From NCBI RefSeq assembly GCF_003334355.1, contig NZ_QOWP01000006.1: DNA of 64,000 nucleotides. One strand, 5' to 3'. The notes beneath the pieces are model-generated. The model was not told the origin of the DNA and did no database searches. It saw only the letters and a list, made by a program, of their open reading frames with translations. The translations under genes were made by a program, and so were the position numbers. Within the stretch, counting starts at the first letter, position 1. Every line of letters starts with the position of its first letter. Below are positions 56,097-64,000 of the stretch, in pieces. Origin of the DNA: Escherichia coli. GTDB lineage: Bacteria; Pseudomonadota; Gammaproteobacteria; Enterobacterales; Enterobacteriaceae.

Positions 56097-57290
56097 ATGA
56101 ACAAAAACAGAGGGTTTACGCCTCTGGCGGTCGTTCTGATGCTCTCAGGCAGCTTAGCCCTAACAGGATGTGACGACAAACAGGCCCAACAAGGTGGCCA
56201 GCAGATGCCCGCCGTTGGCGTAGTAACAGTCAAAACTGAACCTCTGCAGATCACAACCGAGCTTCCGGGTCGCACCAGTGCCTACCGGATCGCAGAAGTT
56301 CGTCCTCAAGTTAGCGGGATTATCCTGAAGCGTAATTTCAAAGAAGGTAGCGACATCGAAGCAGGTGTCTCTCTCTATCAGATTGATCCTGCGACCTATC
56401 AGGCGACATACGACAGTGCGAAAGGTGATCTGGCGAAAGCCCAGGCTGCAGCCAATATCGCGCAATTGACGGTGAATCGTTATCAGAAACTGCTCGGTAC
56501 TCAGTACATCAGTAAGCAAGAGTACGATCAGGCTCTGGCTGATGCGCAACAGGCGAATGCTGCGGTAACTGCGGCGAAAGCTGCCGTTGAAACTGCGCGG
56601 ATCAATCTGGCTTACACCAAAGTCACCTCTCCGATTAGCGGTCGCATTGGTAAGTCGAACGTGACGGAAGGCGCATTGGTACAGAACGGTCAGGCGACTG
56701 CGCTGGCAACCGTGCAGCAACTTGATCCGATCTACGTTGATGTGACCCAGTCCAGCAACGACTTCCTGCGCCTGAAACAGGAACTGGCGAATGGCACGCT
56801 GAAACAAGAGAACGGCAAAGCCAAAGTGTCACTGATCACCAGTGACGGCATTAAGTTCCCGCAGGACGGTACGCTGGAATTCTCTGACGTTACCGTTGAT
56901 CAGACCACTGGGTCTATCACCCTACGCGCTATCTTCCCGAACCCGGATCACACTCTGCTGCCGGGTATGTTCGTGCGCGCACGTCTGGAAGAAGGGCTTA
57001 ATCCAAACGCTATTTTAGTCCCGCAACAGGGCGTAACCCGTACGCCGCGTGGCGATGCCACCGTACTGGTAGTTGGCGCGGATGACAAAGTGGAAACCCG
57101 TCCGATCGTTGCAAGCCAGGCTATTGGCGATAAGTGGCTGGTGACAGAAGGTCTGAAAGCAGGCGATCGCGTAGTAATAAGTGGGCTGCAGAAAGTGCGT
57201 CCTGGTGTCCAGGTAAAAGCACAAGAAGTTACCGCTGATAATAACCAGCAAGCCGCAAGCGGTGCTCAGCCTGAACAGTCCAAGTCTTAA
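56097..57290 (+). CDS. acrA: Multidrug efflux membrane fusion lipoprotein AcrA (397 aa)
   Basis: MNKNRGFTPLAVVLMLSGSLALTGC lipobox; start trimmed to this Met. Confidence 0.97.
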   Translation: MNKNRGFTPLAVVLMLSGSLALTGCDDKQAQQGGQQMPAVGVVTVKTEPLQITTELPGRTSAYRIAEVRPQVSGIILKRNFKEGSDIEAGVSLYQIDPATYQATYDSAKGDLAKAQAAANIAQLTVNRYQKLLGTQYISKQEYDQALADAQQANAAVTAAKAAVETARINLAYTKVTSPISGRIGKSNVTEGALVQNGQATALATVQQLDPIYVDVTQSSNDFLRLKQELANGTLKQENGKAKVSLITSDGIKFPQDGTLEFSDVTVDQTTGSITLRAIFPNPDHTLLPGMFVRARLEEGLNPNAILVPQQGVTRTPRGDATVLVVGADDKVETRPIVASQAIGDKWLVTEGLKAGDRVVISGLQKVRPGVQVKAQEVTADNNQQAASGAQPEQSKS

Positions 57291-57309
57291 CTTAAACAGG
57301 AGCCGTTAA

Positions 57310-60462
<3,153 letters not shown>

Positions 60463-60480
60463 TACAACGTGTAATCACTA

Positions 60481-60504
60481 AGGCCGCGTAAGCGGCCTTT
60501 TTTA
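60481..60504 (+). terminator. acrAB rho-independent terminator
   Basis: AGGCCGC-GTAA-GCGGCCT followed by TTTTTT. Confidence 0.85.
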
Positions 60505-61007
60505 TGCATAACCTACGAACATTAAGGAGTAATTGAACCACCAACTCAGGATCTCATACGAAAACCAGTATTAACCACGGATAAAATTCATAAAAAATAC
60601 TGATTGTTAGTTAATTTATATTAAGTAGCGCTAATAGATTTAATAATCCATAATCATTTAGAGGCTATTCTTAATTATTTGCGGTAATTCTTTATTCATT
60701 CCTCGGTTATTACGTCATATTCAGAGCAATCCTGGTATTAGTGTCACCAATTTCATCTGGCGATAATCCTGAAATGTTATGAATAGTTCGAGCAAACTGC
60801 TTTTACCTGCTGCGGGTTAGTGCTAGTATGAAAAAGTGAGTCCTGTCCCGCTTCCTTCCTAATTGTAATTTTTCGTAATAATGCGATGAAAACCTGCAAA
60901 GAGTGGCTTATAGTTAAGCTAACAAACGAGAGGGCAAGTCCAGGTCAGTAAGTTTTTTCCATCCCGAAAGGTGTCCGTTAGTTCAACCGCTAAGAAGGGG
61001 ACGCGTT

Positions 61008-61382
61008 ATGGATGAATACTCACCCAAAAGACATGATATCGCACAGCTTAAGTTTCTCTGTGAAACCCTGTATCATGACTGCCTTGCAAACCTTGAAGAA
61101 AGCAATCATGGCTGGGTAAACGACCCAACCTCGGCGATCAACCTCCAGTTGAATGAACTGATTGAGCATATTGCGACCTTCGCACTTAATTACAAAATTA
61201 AGTATAATGAAGACAATAAGCTCATTGAGCAGATCGACGAATATCTGGATGACACCTTTATGTTGTTCAGTAGTTATGGTATTAATATGCAGGATCTTCA
61301 GAAATGGCGGAAGTCAGGTAATCGACTATTCCGTTGTTTTGTCAATGCGACGAAAGAGAATCCTGCGAGTTTATCTTGTTAG
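61008..61382 (+). CDS. tomB: Hha toxicity modulator TomB/YbaJ (124 aa)
   Basis: 124-aa [34 protein letters not shown]... directly upstream of hha. Confidence 0.93.
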
Positions 61383-61407
61383 AATTATTACAACCATGGG
61401 TAGAAGT

Positions 61408-61626
61408 ATGTCCGAAAAACCTTTAACGAAAACCGATTATTTAATGCGTTTACGTCGTTGCCAGACAATTGACACGCTGGAGCGTGTTATCGAGAAAAAT
61501 AAATACGAATTATCAGATAATGAACTGGCGGTATTTTACTCAGCCGCAGATCACCGCCTCGCCGAATTGACCATGAATAAACTGTACGACAAGATCCCTT
61601 CCTCAGTTTGGAAATTTATTCGCTAA
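61408..61626 (+). CDS. hha: Hemolysin expression modulator Hha (72 aa)
   Basis: ATG 61408 encodes [72 protein letters not shown]. Confidence 0.95.
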
Positions 61627-61797
61627 TAAATAATTCGCTTTCGGAGCTATAACCGGCTGTTTATTAAGAATTTTATACTTTTTCGCCATGAAGACATACC
61701 CTATGTGATCTTTATCACACAGATGTAATGGGAACGTTCTCTTCACTGACTTTTCGTCTTACTGTGTTGCCGCATTTTCAGCAACCGGAGGTCAGTA

Positions 61798-62349
61798 ATG
61801 AGCACAGAAAAAGAAAAGATGATTGCTGGTGAGTTGTATCGCTCGGCAGATGAGACGTTATCTCGCGATCGCCTGCGCGCTCGTCAGCTTATTCACCGAT
61901 ACAATCATTCCCTGGCGGAAGAGCACACATTACGCCAGCAAATTCTCGCTGATCTATTCGGTCAGGTGACAGAGGCTTATATTGAGCCAACGTTTCGCTG
62001 TGACTATGGCTATAACATTTTTCTCGGTAATAATTTTTTCGCCAACTTCGATTGCGTGATGCTTGATGTCTGCCCTATTCGCATCGGTGATAACTGTATG
62101 TTGGCACCAGGCGTTCATATCTACACGGCAACACATCCCATCGACCCTGTAGCACGTAATAGCGGTGCTGAACTGGGGAAACCCGTCACCATCGGTAATA
62201 ACGTCTGGATTGGCGGACGCGCGGTCATTAACCCTGGTGTGACCATTGGTGATAACGTCGTGGTAGCCTCAGGTGCAGTTGTCACAAAAGATGTCCCGGA
62301 CAACGTTGTCGTGGGCGGTAATCCAGCCAGAATAATTAAAAAATTGTAA
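61798..62349 (+). CDS. maa: Maltose O-acetyltransferase Maa (183 aa)
   Basis: Hexapeptide-repeat left-handed beta-helix acetyltransferase ORF. Confidence 0.93.
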
Positions 62350-62464
62350 TCGGTTTTTCGCAACTGTTATGCAAAATTGTGGTAGATCTGTTACTTCCCC
62401 TCTACTATTCCCACGTTAAAATAGGGTGTTCCCTGGAAAGTTGCAGATACCACGAAGGCAAACG

Positions 62465-62935
62465 ATGACCGAAATACAACGCCTGCTGACCGAAACGATT
62501 GAGTCTCTGAATACCCGCGAAAAACGCGACAACAAACCCCGCTTTAGTATCAGTTTTATCCGTAAACATCCGGGGCTGTTTATCGGTATGTACGTTGCTT
62601 TTTTTGCCACCCTGGCGGTGATGTTGCAGTCCGAAACGCTGTCAGGCTCTGTCTGGCTACTGGTTGTATTATTTATCCTGCTTAATGGTTTCTTCTTTTT
62701 CGATGTCTACCCACGCTACCGCTATGAAGATATCGACGTGCTGGATTTCCGCGTTTGCTATAACGGCGAATGGTACAACACGCGCTTTGTACCTGCCGCG
62801 CTGGTTGAAGCCATCTTGAACTCTCCGCGTGTCGCGGATGTTCATAAGGAACAACTGCAAAAAATGATCGTCCGTAAAGGTGAACTGTCTTTTTACGATA
62901 TTTTTACCCTCGCTCGCGCCGAATCAACATCTTAA
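62465..62935 (+). CDS. ylaC: Inner-membrane protein YlaC (156 aa)
   Basis: ORF contains [27 protein letters not shown]...; start trimmed to give 156 aa. Confidence 0.8.
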
Positions 62936-63092
62936 GTTAGGGTTACATACCAGGCGTAAAGCTCTGCGCCTGGTCAAATGACAATGATCGTTTCCACCCA
63001 TCACTTCATGAAATACCAGCTCTACCTCCTTATCTCCAGCCAGCCTTTTTCCACAATCAGATATACTTTCCCTACACTGTGTTAATAAGGAT

Positions 63093-64000
63093 ATGCTGGT
63101 GAGAACACGACATCTGGTCGGCCTTATTTCGGGAGTACTGATTCTTTCAGTATTGCTGCCTGTCGGCTTAAGCATCTGGCTGGCCCATCAGCAGGTAGAA
63201 ACATCGTTTATTGAAGAGCTGGATACCTATTCCTCCCGCGTCGCTATTCGAGCCAATAAGGTGGCGACACAAGGGAAAGATGCGCTGCAGGAGCTGGAAA
63301 GATGGCAAGGCGCTGCCTGTAGCGAAGCCCATCTCATGGAAATGCGTCGGGTATCTTACAGTTATCGCTATATTCAGGAAGTGGCTTATATCGATAACAA
63401 CGTTCCCCAGTGTTCGTCTCTGGAGCATGAAAGTCCGCCCGATACCTTCCCCGAGCCAGGTAAAATTTCGAAAGATGGTTATCGTGTCTGGTTAACATCG
63501 CATAACGATTTAGGCATTATCCGTTACATGGTCGCCATGGGAACGGCACATTATGTCGTCATGATCGACCCCGCTTCCTTTATTGATGTCATTCCCTATA
63601 GCTCATGGCAAATTGATGCCGCCATTATTGGCAATGCCCATAACGTTGTCATAACCAGCAGCGATGAAATTGCTCAGGGAATTATTACCAGGCTACAAAA
63701 AACACCCGGTGAGCATATCGAAAATAATGGAATCATTTACGATATCCTGCCCTTACCGGAGATGAATATTTCGATCATCACATGGGCTTCAACGAAAATG
63801 TTGCAGAAAGGCTGGCATCGGCAAGTCTTTATTTGGTTACCGCTCGGGTTGGTGATTGGCCTGCTGGCAGCGATGTTTGTGCTGCGTATTTTGCGCCGTA
63901 TTCAGTCACCGCATCATCGGCTGCAGGATGCTATCGAAAATCGTGATATTTGCGTGCACTATCAGCCGATTGTCTCCTTAGCCAATGGCAAAATTGTCGG
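63093..64000 (+). CDS. pdeB: c-di-GMP phosphodiesterase PdeB/YlaB, 5' portion (CSS-motif sensor domain); runs off window end
   Basis: ATG 63093 opens a frame with no stop to 64000 (so absent from the track); N-terminal TM, CSS-domain cysteines, second TM. Confidence 0.85.
   Translation, partial: MLVRTRHLVGLISGVLILSVLLPVGLSIWLAHQQVETSFIEELDTYSSRVAIRANKVATQGKDALQELERWQGAACSEAHLMEMRRVSYSYRYIQEVAYIDNNVPQCSSLEHESPPDTFPEPGKISKDGYRVWLTSHNDLGIIRYMVAMGTAHYVVMIDPASFIDVIPYSSWQIDAAIIGNAHNVVITSSDEIAQGIITRLQKTPGEHIENNGIIYDILPLPEMNISIITWASTKMLQKGWHRQVFIWLPLGLVIGLLAAMFVLRILRRIQSPHHRLQDAIENRDICVHYQPIVSLANGKIV

Noticed and set aside
60779-60820. 13-codon ORF in the tomB leader
   Set aside because: No SD and low-complexity AT-rich context; more likely part of the untranslated regulatory leader.

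Overview
The window is an Escherichia coli chromosomal segment, recognised from the protein translations and gene order. It is syntenic, in reverse orientation, with the K-12 region ylbE-fdrA / allantoin-glyoxylate cluster (allDCE, glxK, ybbY, allB, ybbW, glxR, hyi, gcl, allR, allA, allS) / selU / ybbPA-tesA-ybbO-cnoX-fetAB-qmcA-ybbJ-cueR-ybaT-glsA-copA-ybaQP-ybaK-ushA-fsr-ybaL-gsk-aes-hemH-adk-htpG-recR-ybaB-dnaX-apt-ybaN-priC-ybaM-mscK-acrR-acrAB-tomB-hha-maa-ylaC-pdeB. Almost all of it is core housekeeping DNA with intact genes of K-12 length, plus ChiX sRNA, REP/BIME clusters, recognisable operators (AllR, CueR, AcrR), a sigma-32 htpG promoter and the two known programmed frameshift sites (copA, dnaX). 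Two things stand out. (1) The RhsD accessory island that separates ybbP and selU in K-12 is absent; the 712-bp gap instead holds a compact module that looks like an unannotated type I toxin-antitoxin locus: a 27-codon hydrophobic DinQ-like ORF with a sequestered Shine-Dalgarno, and a divergently transcribed ~88-nt candidate sRNA whose 5' end is complementary to the toxin leader. (2) allC is interrupted by an in-frame amber codon at codon 15. No CRISPR array, IS element, integrase, tRNA or rRNA was seen. All identifications rest on reading the sequence and on recalled E. coli knowledge; no database search was run.
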